DNA of 63,566 nucleotides, filler included, from Lenisia limosa (Eukaryota; Protista; Breviatea): NCBI GenBank assembly GCA_001655205.1. It is 12 parts of 12 records of this genome, joined end to end, with 100 filler letters (N's around TTAATTAATTAA, not from the genome) between each part and the next. Parts side by side here need not be neighbours in the genome. Positions count along the whole stretch, not along the records: positions 37,216 to 45,941 come from LPNZ01007138.1; positions 46,042 to 50,380 come from LPNZ01010604.1; positions 50,481 to 51,648 come from LPNZ01003128.1; positions 51,749 to 53,134 come from LPNZ01001548.1; positions 53,235 to 61,666 come from LPNZ01010650.1; 7 more parts are not named here. The stretch is one strand, 5' to 3'. The position numbers were made by a program, and so were the translations under genes. The number at the start of each line of letters is the position of its first letter. The stretch's first letter is position 1. This document shows positions 44,801-56,019 of this stretch, piece after piece. The notes below the pieces were generated by a model. That model did not search any database and was not told the DNA's origin. It saw only the letters and a program-made list of their open reading frames with translations.

Positions 44801-45941
44801 TTCATCCAGACACTCTCCGTTCAATGTCTTAACGGTCCAGAACATTCCGGGTCTTGCTGTTCTCTATGCTTCCGAAACCCTGTTGATGCTGGCGGCTGCT
44901 AAAACTGACAGTGTCAACAATGCCAAGGTGGGGGGGGGGGGGATTNNNNNNNNNNNNNNNNNNNNNNNNNNNNNNNNNNNNNNNNNNNNNNNNNNNNNNN
45001 NNNNNNNNNNNNNNNNNNNNNNNNNNNNNNNNNNNNNNNNNNNNNNNNNNNNNNNNNNNNNNNNNNNNNNNNNNNNNNNNNNNNNNNNNATTTTCACCAT
45101 TATGGCTGAGCACAGGTTTGTTTTGGTAGACTTTAAAATATCGACTGGATTTCCAATAAAGCCTCGATAAATATCGATAATTGACAAGTTTTTTGAAGCC
45201 CCAAGCGAACGAATGAGCTTTGCTGCGGAAAGAAAACTAATGACTATGTTCTTGTGCTCTCTAACCTATGTCCTTTCATCCCACAGAATCCTGTCACCCT
45301 CCGACGAGTCTCTTTCAACGGAATATGCAGATGAGGTGTATGTCAACTTGAGGTAGGATGGGGGATGTAAGGATATCGATATTTTGGTCTTGTGTATGGG
45401 TTTTTGGGCAAAGAGAGAGTCGCACCACTCACTATGACATCTTACCCCCCAGGTCGGCCTTTACCGTTCTTACCGACAATTCTGTATCCGCAGTTCTGGC
45501 CGGTTTTGCCCCCTCAGCTGCTGTGGTCACTGCGGCACTCAAGGTGGGGGAGGGGGGGGGGATGCCTTATCAGCTTGGTGGTGCCAATTGCTTCAGTTTG
45601 ATGTTTCTTTTATATTTAATTTATCCTCATTTGTACCCCCCCCCCCTCCTCCAATGTTCACCTGTTATTTACCTTCATTTTTACCCCCCAGGTTGCCCCC
45701 ACAGAGACTCTCGGACGGTTGAAAACTATCTGGTCCATCATCCCATCTTTCTCGCTGGAGAATGACGCGCATCATGCAGCCGTGGGAGGGGTCGTCCGAT
45801 ACAGCGGGGGGAATGCTGTTTCTTGAGAGAAGTTAAATGGAAAGAAATCAAACGAAAAACAAAGCTTCCAAGCGCTTGTGGACTGTTTTGCATATGAATG
45901 AAGATAGCACGATGGTTCACCCTGAGTCTCGGAGACTTCTA
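41891..45941 (+). CDS. Hypothetical large nuclear protein (basic NLS-like N-terminus, helical body), 3'-truncated
   Basis: MGKKEKGVRPAKRKSEDVATPAKKAK, followed by at least 10 GT-AG exons (e.g. EPLLIPITQLFADDSRNGLYWKALDEVL, NFETVVEHVVIAAASAIQRHP, FLVWKRLLSMAAKW). Family not recognised. Confidence 0.7.
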
Positions 45942-46199
45942 NNNNNNNNNNNNNNNNNNNNNNNNNNNNNNNNNNNNNNNNNNNNTTAATTAATTAANNN
46001 NNNNNNNNNNNNNNNNNNNNNNNNNNNNNNNNNNNNNNNNNCAAAAAAAGCCCAACTCCTTCAGCTAACAACACAGGAGGGTTGAAAACAACAACAAAAA
46101 AAATGCCCGGGTGGAGGGGCGAATATTTCAAACGGACATACTCAAAATATATTAATTTTGAGAGAGAAAAAGGTCCATAGAAACATCCGGTGGAAAGGT

Positions 46200-49100
46200 T
46201 ACGCCAATAAAACATTGAGATGAGTGTGAGATGAAGTATCCTAGCTCGCTCTTCCTCCCTGCGAACAGTCAATTAAAAAAAAGACTAGAGCTTCATTTTC
46301 GGTTCCAAAAAAGACTGAATTCTCGATAAATCCTCGATAAATATCGATATTTTGTCCGTCTGTTGTAACCGAAGGGAAACTTTAAAAAAAAACCTCCCAC
46401 TAGAGGAAAATACTACCCGNNNNNNNNNNNNNNNNNNNNNNNNNNNNNNNNNNNNNNNNNNNNNNNNNNNNNNNNNNNNNNNNNNNNNNNNNNNNNNNNN
46501 NNNNNNNNNNNNNNNNNNNNNNNNNNNNNNNNNNNNNNNNNNNTTCGGTTCGAAAAAAAGACGGAATTTCTCGATAAATCCTCGAAAAATTTCGAAATTT
46601 TTCCGGTACTATTCGAACCGAAGTGAGGTCCAACTAATATTACCATACCCCCATACTGGCAGTCGTTATAGACCAGGGCTTGTGAGCAGGTTGACTCAGA
46701 GGCCAGGGAACAAGCGGGAATGCTAACAGCGTTTGAAGATCTGGGTGGAGTAAAAAACAGTTTTGAAACAAAACTCAGGGGGGGGGGAGGGTAAAATTGG
46801 AATATTTATGAAAAGAAAAAAAGCTCAAAATCAACTCTGTTGGCTGATAACATACGAGCGTTGAAAACAACGAAACAAACAAAGAACAGGCCAGTCGCTT
46901 CTGCAGCACCACATCCCATCACACCAACAAAACAAAGAAAGCCCAGGNNNNNNNNNNNNNNNNNNNNNNNNNNNNNNNNNNNNNNNNNNNNNNNNNNNNN
47001 NNNNNNNNNNNNNNNNNNNNNNNNNTTTGAGAAATTCAGTCTTTTTTTCAACCGAAGTGAAGCCGGAGCTGCATCCCATCACTTCATTCATTTATTAGAT
47101 TAGACTTGAGTACTGGAATCCCACATTATCCACCCCATCCCACAAAACATCTCCCAACAGCATCATGATACAAATCCATTTTAACTTCGCACAATGACAA
47201 TAAAACATTAGAGACTAATAAATAGAATCATGAAAAAGTGGTGTAAATATTCAAGGCTCAAAACCGATATTCAATAATATACAGATTTATTTGTTGAAAT
47301 CTCTATTTCACATTTCCTCAGTGTTAAAACAGCCACCCGCTTCCTTGACAGACTGAATAACGACTTTTTGACCCAAACCCCCCCCCCCCCCCCCCCCCNN
47401 NNNNNNNNNNNNNNNNNNNNNNNNNNNNNNNNNNNNNNNNNNNNNNNNNNNNNNNNNNNNNNNNNNNNNNNNNGGTAACATGGGCAGCAACTTCGGCGTC
47501 ACCTTGAAGCACCAAAACGGTCTCATGAGCGAAATTTGGAGATGCTGGAGGGAGGGGTAAGAAGTCAGTATATATGCGTGAAATTTGGAGATGTTGGAGG
47601 AGTGAGGAGTTATATCATGAGCAAAATTTGGTGGTGCTGGAGTTAAGGGGTGAGTAAGAGCTTTTTTGGGTCATTTTCACCCGTGTGAACACCCTCGCAG
47701 AGATCTGATACTTCTCGTATCCACTCGTATGATAATTGACCCACAAGTCCCAATGATACTCTGATACACTCGGGATGAACCCTCGTGTTATCTTCGTTCA
47801 TCATTTCGACTCGAAAGTAGGACATATTATCATATCACTGTACATATAGTATATGGCATATTGGTCAGCATCAGCGCTTGCTTAATACCGCCCCCTACCC
47901 CTCCTACTATCTCCTGCTACACTGGCTTCGCCAAAAACGATGGTGGAGTTTACTGTGAAGTAAACCTGAAAAATGAGAAAAGCTAAGCTTTTGCATTGTA
48001 AATCAGAAAACTTCATGTACACTGACCACGATAAGTCCTGACTAAGGCTTCACTTCAGTTCAAAAAAGACCAGTAAATATCTAGGATTTATAGAGAGATT
48101 CAGTCTTTTTATGAACCGAAGTGAAGCCCTAGTCCTGATACTTAAATAATTGAGACAATCTTCACCCTCTATATTAGATTCTATAAAATAGGTTGTACAG
48201 TGTAAACAGAAATGTAATATATTTATGTATAACTCTAATATATATATATATATATATATTACCAACTCCACAATGGGAAAAACAATGAAAACGCATTCGT
48301 GTTCTTTTTGTATATCATATGCATATGATATGATAATACTGGTAACATTACATGTATAAAAGCATCATAGCTATTGATTATGAATTCTTAGAAAAAGATT
48401 AAACAATAGTTGTCGAAATTTTGATGGCTGTCGTTCATATTCATTTAAAAATACACTGACCAAGAGAAGTCTTCACCAATTTTCCTTCGTACAAAACCAG
48501 TCACAAATACCCATTTAGCGATCCAACATACAGAAAACTCCTCAAAAAGAGGGACATTCGTGGTGTTGAACCCCCAGGATGCGGCATAGGTGTCTTGTGC
48601 GGGGCTTGTCAGAGTCACGGCAAATGAGGGTTNNNNNNNNNNNNNNNNNNNNNNNNNNNNNNNNNNNNNNNNNNNNNNNNNNNNNNNNNNNNNNNNNNNN
48701 NNNNNNNNNNNNNNNNNNNNNNNNNNNNNNNNNNNNNNNNNNNNNNNNNNNCAGTCAAACCTTAGCACTATACCAGTGTGCATATTCAAACCCAAGATAA
48801 CCCGGAAGCAAAGAGAAACTGGGAAAACAAGCTCTCTCTTAAATGCTGATACTAGGCGAATAAAGAACTGTTTATTTACCCCCTAGCATAGACCAGCTCA
48901 TGGGATTTGCTTCGATTAGCTTTTCTATGTCTATGATCAAAAATTGAATAAGTGGTAAAGAGACCTCCATTTCAGTCAGCTGGTTGAAACACGGCCAACA
49001 TCGGCTTCGATAGGCGCGGATTTTGCAAATCCTACGGCCATATTTACAGCTCAATAACAATGAAAAGACGAGATTACATAGTATGAGCCAGCTTATCAGG

Positions 49101-49201
49101 CTACTAAAACAAGCCCTTTGCGTACCTGTCGCTGAAGACCCTACGAAGACAGCCAACACTGTTAACAGCTTCAACAGCAATAAAAGCTGATGTTTCCACA
49201 T
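46200..49201 (-). CDS. Hypothetical secreted/membrane protein (signal peptide), multi-exon
   Basis: MWKHQLLLLLKLLTVLAVFVGSSA; exons VTLTSPAQDTYAASWGFNTTNVPLFEEFSVCWIAK, VYFTVNSTIVFGEASVAGD and SSNAVSIPACSLASESTCSQALVYNDCQYG. The exon chain is incomplete. Confidence 0.5.
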
Positions 49202-50480
49202 GTTAAGAGGAGGAAGAGGACAACGGAGGACAAGTTATCCGAATAACAGGAGAATGATGACGTCAGGACGTCATGTCATCATAATTTACCTTCATGACAA
49301 GTTTTCGTTTTCAGTTTTCAGTTTCTAGTTTTCTAATTTCTTCCTACTTTCTTTGACTTTCTTTAAGTTTAATCTAATTCTGATACACGCAAATGATACG
49401 TTGTAACATATAATGGTTCTGAGCTACCAATTCAAAAGTAATATTAAGTCAGAGTATTCTGATACTAATGAATATATATTCATCCTAGCACCACCTTAAA
49501 AGTCAATTCCATCTATTTCTAAGGATTAAAAGAAGAAAGGGTGTCGCATCTGCTCGTGTGGAGGGGTGTAGGCCTGGTGAGTCATTTTCACGGAAGCTTC
49601 AAAAAAGAGACGAGTTGAAAAGTGAAATGATGATTCAATGTGTTAACAATTGAAATGATGATTCAATGTGCTGATATTTGGGAAATAAATCCAAGTTAAA
49701 TTCGTCAACTCAAAACATGAATTGACAATTCCTGATTAATTGTGCTTTCCTAGACTTAACAGAAATGTACATAGAAGTTATTGGAACACATGGATCCGAT
49801 TAACAGTGGGGGTTTTATGATCCACGTTTCAATTGAGACTTTACTGCCACAAAAAGGAAACCACTCCCTCAAAAACTCTCACATGCAAGGGGGATGATTG
49901 CGAGACAAGCAAGTCGTCTTCAAAGAAGTCCATTTCCTTCGGACGTGGGGTGTACATTTCGGAATACTGTGAATTGAGATTCTAGGAAAAACAATGCTGC
50001 AAAATTAATATTTATTCAAGTTTAACTGAAGTTAAGTGGGTGTTTTATGATAGTTTTGACAGAAATGCATTTTTGGTAAAAACATTCCAATTTGTGAAAT
50101 AACTATTCAGTTTTCAAGTCTACTTCAACCATTTTGGATAAAAAAAAAATTCAAAAATCAAAATGTCAGAAGCCCTCTTTTGAGGATCTTAACCAATTTC
50201 CGTATTTGGAAGCCAGATAGCAAAATGTCTGACAAAAACTTATTATAAAAAAACCCCCTTATTTTGCCATATAAGGAAGGTTCACGTGACAGACAACCTA
50301 TTTTTTATAGAAAATACCTGGTTTTTGTCTGGAACTGGGCAAACCGGCCCTAAACGGCACAAAAACAAGCTTTCAAACAANNNNNNNNNNNNNNNNNNNN
50401 NNNNNNNNNNNNNNNNNNNNNNNNTTAATTAATTAANNNNNNNNNNNNNNNNNNNNNNNNNNNNNNNNNNNNNNNNNNNN

Positions 50481-51610
50481 GTTCCGACCAACAAACGGGT
50501 GGGGCTTTGCGAACTTTATTTCGAGGGAGAAGGCCCTTAATTACCTGGACGATAACGGCGCTCTTCACATCGTCTGCTCCATGCCAAGTGTCATTGACCA
50601 TGCTGTGGGGGAGGGAGGTTTTGCTGTATGCAACATTCAATGTGGTTTGAGTGAAAAAAAATTCAGAAATCTTTGAGATCCCTTCCGTTTACCGCCTTTT
50701 AGATATGCCGCCAGCCCCTATCCGAGGCAAGAGACGCCAGCTCTCACGTGGAAAAGCTGTGGATTGCAGCACAGGAGGGCAAATTCACGGATGTTGTCTT
50801 CTTCCCTAAGAACGGCGAGGTTGGCAAAGAAATTTTCGAATAGTAGTACCAGCCTCAGTAATACACCATGGTTTTATTGACTATTCTGTTTAAATATTAC
50901 TCCCCACCCAAACAACTACCCCGCAGCCACCGCCGCCGCCTCCTCACAGATGATAAATAGGAAACGATACGCATTATACAGTCATCTTTTAATAATCTGT
51001 GTAGAAAGGAGTAACAGCGCATCGAAGTGTTCTCTCAGCAATGTGTCCCTTTTTCGATAAATTGCTCACGAGGTTTGTTGAGCGGCCGTAATTAAGAAAT
51101 GAGAAATAACAACGGATGCGTTGCGTATTGGGAGACTGTTGTTCCTTGTGTTACATGCAGATGTCATCTCATACACTGCCATTCTAATAGAGACTTCACT
51201 TTACCCGCCTTCACCTTTGAGTTAACATTTGCTATTTAGGCCGATTTTGGCGCAGAAGCAGGTTGTCGAGCTCAATGCTAACTTAGTGGAACGGCACATT
51301 CTCCTCGCCTTCTTACATTACCTTTATACTGGGTATGGGGCTATTAAGAGTATTGCGGAATGCTATTTGTCTATTCCCCAGGCGCTATTTTTTTTTCTCC
51401 TCTATGCTACTTTATTGTGTCTTTTTTTGAAAAAAAAAATCCCTTCTTGCCTAATAATCTCTGTGGCCGATGATAGCGTGTATTTTCTAATGACTCACAT
51501 TTCAGTAACACGTCACCCTCCATCCAAACGCAGCGTGACCCTAATGACGTCACCATTCCCGAGTCCCATATCATAGACCTGGTCAAACTGTTCAAAGTAG
51601 GCCCTCTGGT
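50481..51610 (+). CDS. MATH-BTB/POZ (SPOP-like) cullin-3 adaptor, partial
   Basis: MATH end FRPTNGWGFANFISREKALNYLDDNGALHIVC; BTB motifs FTDVVFF, VTAHRSVLSAMCPFFDKLL and ILLAFLHYLYTG. Confidence 0.88.
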
Positions 51611-51748
51611 CAACTGGAGGCCCTTCATCTTAATATGGTCTCTAGGGGNNNNNNNNNNNNNNNNNNNNNNNNNNNNNNNNNNNNNNNNNNNNTTAATTAA
51701 TTAANNNNNNNNNNNNNNNNNNNNNNNNNNNNNNNNNNNNNNNNNNNN

Positions 51749-52930
51749 GGAAAGCACAGGACGGTGCGGTTGATGCACACAAAATACCGCACCACCTACG
51801 CGCATTTCAGGGGTTTCCTCAGGGAGAACTAGTTCGGAGTGTTGGGGACAGCCGCCGACTTTATTGTGGTCCTTCAGCTCGTCTGCGGGTAAATGAATCA
51901 GAAAATGTGATGGGTCAATGGGAATGTGTAAAAAAGAGTCAACAGCGTAATATTAAACTGTAAAAAAAAAAACACCCAAACCACTCCAACCCCAAATCAC
52001 CTTTACCGTTTGCTCCACACTCAAGGCAGAGAGGGTGTAAGCACTTGAAGCACCCAATACGATTCAGAGTATCCACCTAGCAAATGAGCTGCGAAATAGC
52101 ATGGTTGACCTGCACAGTGAATTGGAACGTAATCCCAATATCACAACAAGAGCTGACCTTGACGTTCATGAACAGGCACTTCGGGCATCTGGCAATGAAC
52201 GAAAGGTCCGGCTTTTTCTGGCATGGTCAATAAAGCTATGAAACCCAAGGACTCATCTATTTTTGGAAATGGAACAAATATTCATCGTCTGAAAAAAAAT
52301 ACACGTGAACACATCTTCTTTGTCCTTCTGAAAATTATGATTGCAACCTGCTTTCTTGTAGCTTCATGCTGAGCAGCTCTGATCAGGAGGCGGATGGACA
52401 TGGTGTACACACCCTCGTAGGAGTTGAAGGGGTTCTTGGCTTGGCTGAAATGGTTACAAACTACGGCGGCGAGTTGGCATTGTATTATCTTTCTACCTCA
52501 TTGATGTGGCAGATACGGCCCCCTCCCCCAGTCGCAAACTTGGCCTTTGAAGTGATTTTTAGTGTCGGCGAGCGGCTGCCATAAATGTCCAAAGAGAAAC
52601 GCATAGCACTCTCCCAATTGAAACTCTTGTTGCATTTTGTGCCTGAGCAGNNNNNNNNNNNNNNNNNNNNNNNNNNNNNNNNNNNNNNNNNNNNNNNNNN
52701 NNNNNNNNNNNNNNNNNNNNNNNNNNNNNNNNNNNNNNNNNNNNGGCCGTGTCAGCTCCATAATCGCCCTAAGCTGTCAACGAGTCGTCATTATTGTTAA
52801 CTGATGTCACAGGTTACAATCAACATTTTCCAGAAAGGTTATAACATCTCCCACTTTAGGTCAGATAGAAGAGTCAGATTTGCCTTCGCTCTGGTGTAGA
52901 GTTCTTGTTTCATCTTGATCACCGTCTACA
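51749..52930 (-). CDS. Protein with an RBR-ligase RING2/IBR-like Zn finger, partial
   Basis: Spliced reading RCPKCLFMNVK|VDTLNRIGCFKCLHPLCLECGAN|DELKDHNKVGGCPQH, i.e. the CPxC..N.I.C..C...C..C..H pattern. Confidence 0.55.
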
Positions 52931-54351
52931 ACTGTCAAGCTAATTTGGTACAAAAGACTATTGATGGTTAAAAAAGCAAAAACAAAAGGAGGGGGAGGGA
53001 GCAAAAGGAGGGGGAGGGAACACATGTTGCTCAACCCAAAGCCTGGTGCTACTGCCTGAGCAAATAGTATGTATTAGTATATGCTGCTGCACGGAAACCG
53101 TGTCATTTATGAGAAACCGTGTCATTTATGATTTNNNNNNNNNNNNNNNNNNNNNNNNNNNNNNNNNNNNNNNNNNNNTTAATTAATTAANNNNNNNNNN
53201 NNNNNNNNNNNNNNNNNNNNNNNNNNNNNNNNNNGGGGGGGGGGGGGTAAAACGAAGGAAATTTAGATGAAGAAGGCATAAAGGTACTAATCACGAACCA
53301 GATAATCTGAAACTTCAAACAAAAATAACAAAAAAAAACAGGCAATAACAAACACAAGCAACCATCGCTAAAACTAGACGAACGCCAGATGAAAAAAAAC
53401 AAAAACACAAAAACAAACACAAGCCTGAGCCAACATTGGGTGGGGGATATGAAGAAGGACGAAAAGAAGAGACAAGGNNNNNNNNNNNNNNNNNNNNNNN
53501 NNNNNNNNNNNNNNNNNNNNNNNNNNNNNNNNNNNNNNNNNNNNNNNNNNNNNNNNNNNNNNNNNNNNNNNNNNNNNNNNNNNNNNNNNNNNNNNNNNNN
53601 NNNNNNNNNNNNNNNNNNNNNNNNNNNNNNNNNNNNNNNNNNNNNNNNNNNNNNNNNNNNNNNNNNNNNNNNNNNNNNNNTATCGGTATTTTTCGAACCG
53701 AAGTGAAGCGCAACCAGTTTAGCCTTATCATTCTTTTTGAGAGCGTGATGGTGTAGACGATATTATACTGTATATTATAGGATTACTTTATCACTTTATC
53801 TGTAAGTAACCCAATAGCACACTGTGCGCCGCAGCGTCCTTCTTCCGTCCCCTATGCTCCACTGCTAAAAGCCTAGACTGGCTGTGGAGCCTTGTAAAAC
53901 CCATGATTACCAAGGTTGGGTGTGTGAGGGGGGGGGGGGGGNNNNNNNNNNNNNNNNNNNNNNNNNNNNNNNNNNNNNNNNNNNNNNNNNNNNNNNNNNN
54001 NNNNNNNNNNNNNNNNNNNNNNNNNNNNNNNNNNNNNNNNNNNNNNNNNNNNNNNNNNNNNNNNNNNNNNNNNNNNNNNNNNNNNNNNNNNNNNNNNNNN
54101 NNNNNNNNNNNNNNNNNNNNNNNNNNNNNNNNNNNNNNNNNNNNNNNNNNNNNNNNNNNNNNNNNNNNNNNNNNNNNNNNNNNNNNNNNNNNNNNNNNNN
54201 NTGGTTTCCATACGGTCCCAAACAAGACCGAATCTCTTGATAAATCCTCGATAAATATCGGTATTAAAAAGGTCTTTTCGGAATAGAGGCAAGACCCAGA
54301 TGCAACCAATTTTGTTATCATCTCTATGGTCTTGATATTATTAGTTTTAAG

Positions 54352-54434
54352 GCAAATGATTGGGTGAATTGATATTATACTATACTTCAATATCTCTTAT
54401 AAGCGTGATGGTGTGAATGGTTTCGGCCAGATAC
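54352..54434 (+). repeat. Dispersed intronic repeat family F (~85 bp, non-palindromic)
   Basis: gcaaatgattgggtgaatt..tattatactata.ttcaatatctcttataagcgtgatggt.tgg.cggcttcggccagata. Copies near 21150, 30324, 35010 and 44760 (partial), and inverted near 62790-62840. Confidence 0.85.
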
Positions 54435-54776
54435 AACCTTATTTATCTCTATATCATATAATCTTTTTAGAAGGGTATCAAAGAGGCTGGGACTTTGGAA
54501 ACACCACAAGAGTATGCGAGGGAGGGAGGGGGGTAAAAAGAAGGAAATTTCGATGAAGAATNNNNNNNNNNNNNNNNNNNNNNNNNNNNNNNNNNNNNNN
54601 NNNNNNNNNNNNNNNNNNNNNNNNNNNNNNNNNNNNNNNNNNNNNNNNNNNNNNNNNNNNNNNNNNNNNNNNNNNNNNNNNNNNNNNNNNNNNNNNNNNN
54701 NNNNNNNNNNNNNNNNCCTAAACATTAATAGTAGCATGAAACTTAATATCATAAAATATCGCTTATGGGTTATGTA

Positions 54777-54850
54777 CAGTGACCGGGATAAGTCTTGACG
54801 GATTTGCTATTTGATTTCCCGAGGAATAGGTTAAGACTTCCCGGTCACTG
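54777..54850. mobile_element. Tc1/mariner-type 74-bp MITE (family G), best copy
   Basis: TA|CAGTGACCGGGATAAGTC...GACTTCCCGGTCACTG|TA. Confidence 0.88.
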
Positions 54851-56019
54851 TACTCTATGATTTCCCAAGGGAAAACGGTCAAGACTTATCGCTCTATCAA
54901 GGTATCAATATAAAGAAGGTGGATTTTTCTTTGAATGCTGGATAGAATATCAGAAAATTGGCACAGCTTGGCAACTATTTTTCATGATAAGCTCTCTCTG
55001 TCAATAATTATTACATTACTACGCCAATCTAAACATCGCAATTACGCTTTTCCTTCAACCGAGCCAGGTTTTTAAATTACAGCCTGCGGCGTTTTTCCTG
55101 AGGCCATCATANNNNNNNNNNNNNNNNNNNNNNNNNNNNNNNNNNNNNNNNNNNNNNNNNNNNNNNNNNNNNNNNNNNNNNNNNNNNNNNNNNNNNNNNN
55201 NNNNNNNNNNNNNNNNNCACCATCCAGAGTCCACGCCGCCGCGAAGTGCCTGACTACCTTGACAATGTCGTATATTGCTCAACAGGAGGTCCCGTGTACC
55301 CCCATGGTTACGGCAACTTATTCGTCGACTCATGCCCCGCAAACATCTGACAGACTTTTTGATTGTGATGATGAAGGGTGGGGGGTCTATATGATTGTGA
55401 TGATGGTGTCTGAAATCGAACTCTCATACCATGCCATAGTTCAATTGCATCAAGCCCTTACCCTTTTCAAAAGAATCTCTTGCGCTTATTGCCTTACTTT
55501 TCTCTATTAAAATTTCACTTATCCATAACTTGGGCTTTCCTATGGTCCTCACAATATCGATATTTATCGAATATTTATCGGGGAAAAATCCAGTCTTTTT
55601 TGGGACTGTAGGGAAGCCCTATCCATAGCAGAAGCCCTATTCTTGCCTTCTTCTTCTCCTTCTTATTAGATAATCCCTTTTCAATTCCATAACCAAATAT
55701 AATCTCTCTCTTCCCGGGCTCTGCAAATAAAAGCCTCTTGTATTATCCTTCCCTTTTCCAAACACAATCTCTCTTCTATAAACCTTCACTAAAAATTTAG
55801 TCCTGAAAAAAGACTGAAATTCTCGATAAATCTTCGATAAATACCTATATTTATCCGGTCTTTTTCGAACCCAAGAAGCTCCAATAGTCACCTACGGCAA
55901 TTGTCCTTCCCGTTATCCAAATTAAAACATTTCTTCTATTAACAATTCCCTTATCCATAACTCTTCTTGCCTTATCCGTAACAGAAGCCCTCTTCTTGCC
56001 TTTGCCGAAGAGCTTTTCC

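Noticed and set aside
53790-55400. A gene call for this interval
   Set aside because: Short open exon-like segments exist on both strands and the repeat orientations conflict (E suggests minus, F suggests plus), so the strand could not be settled.
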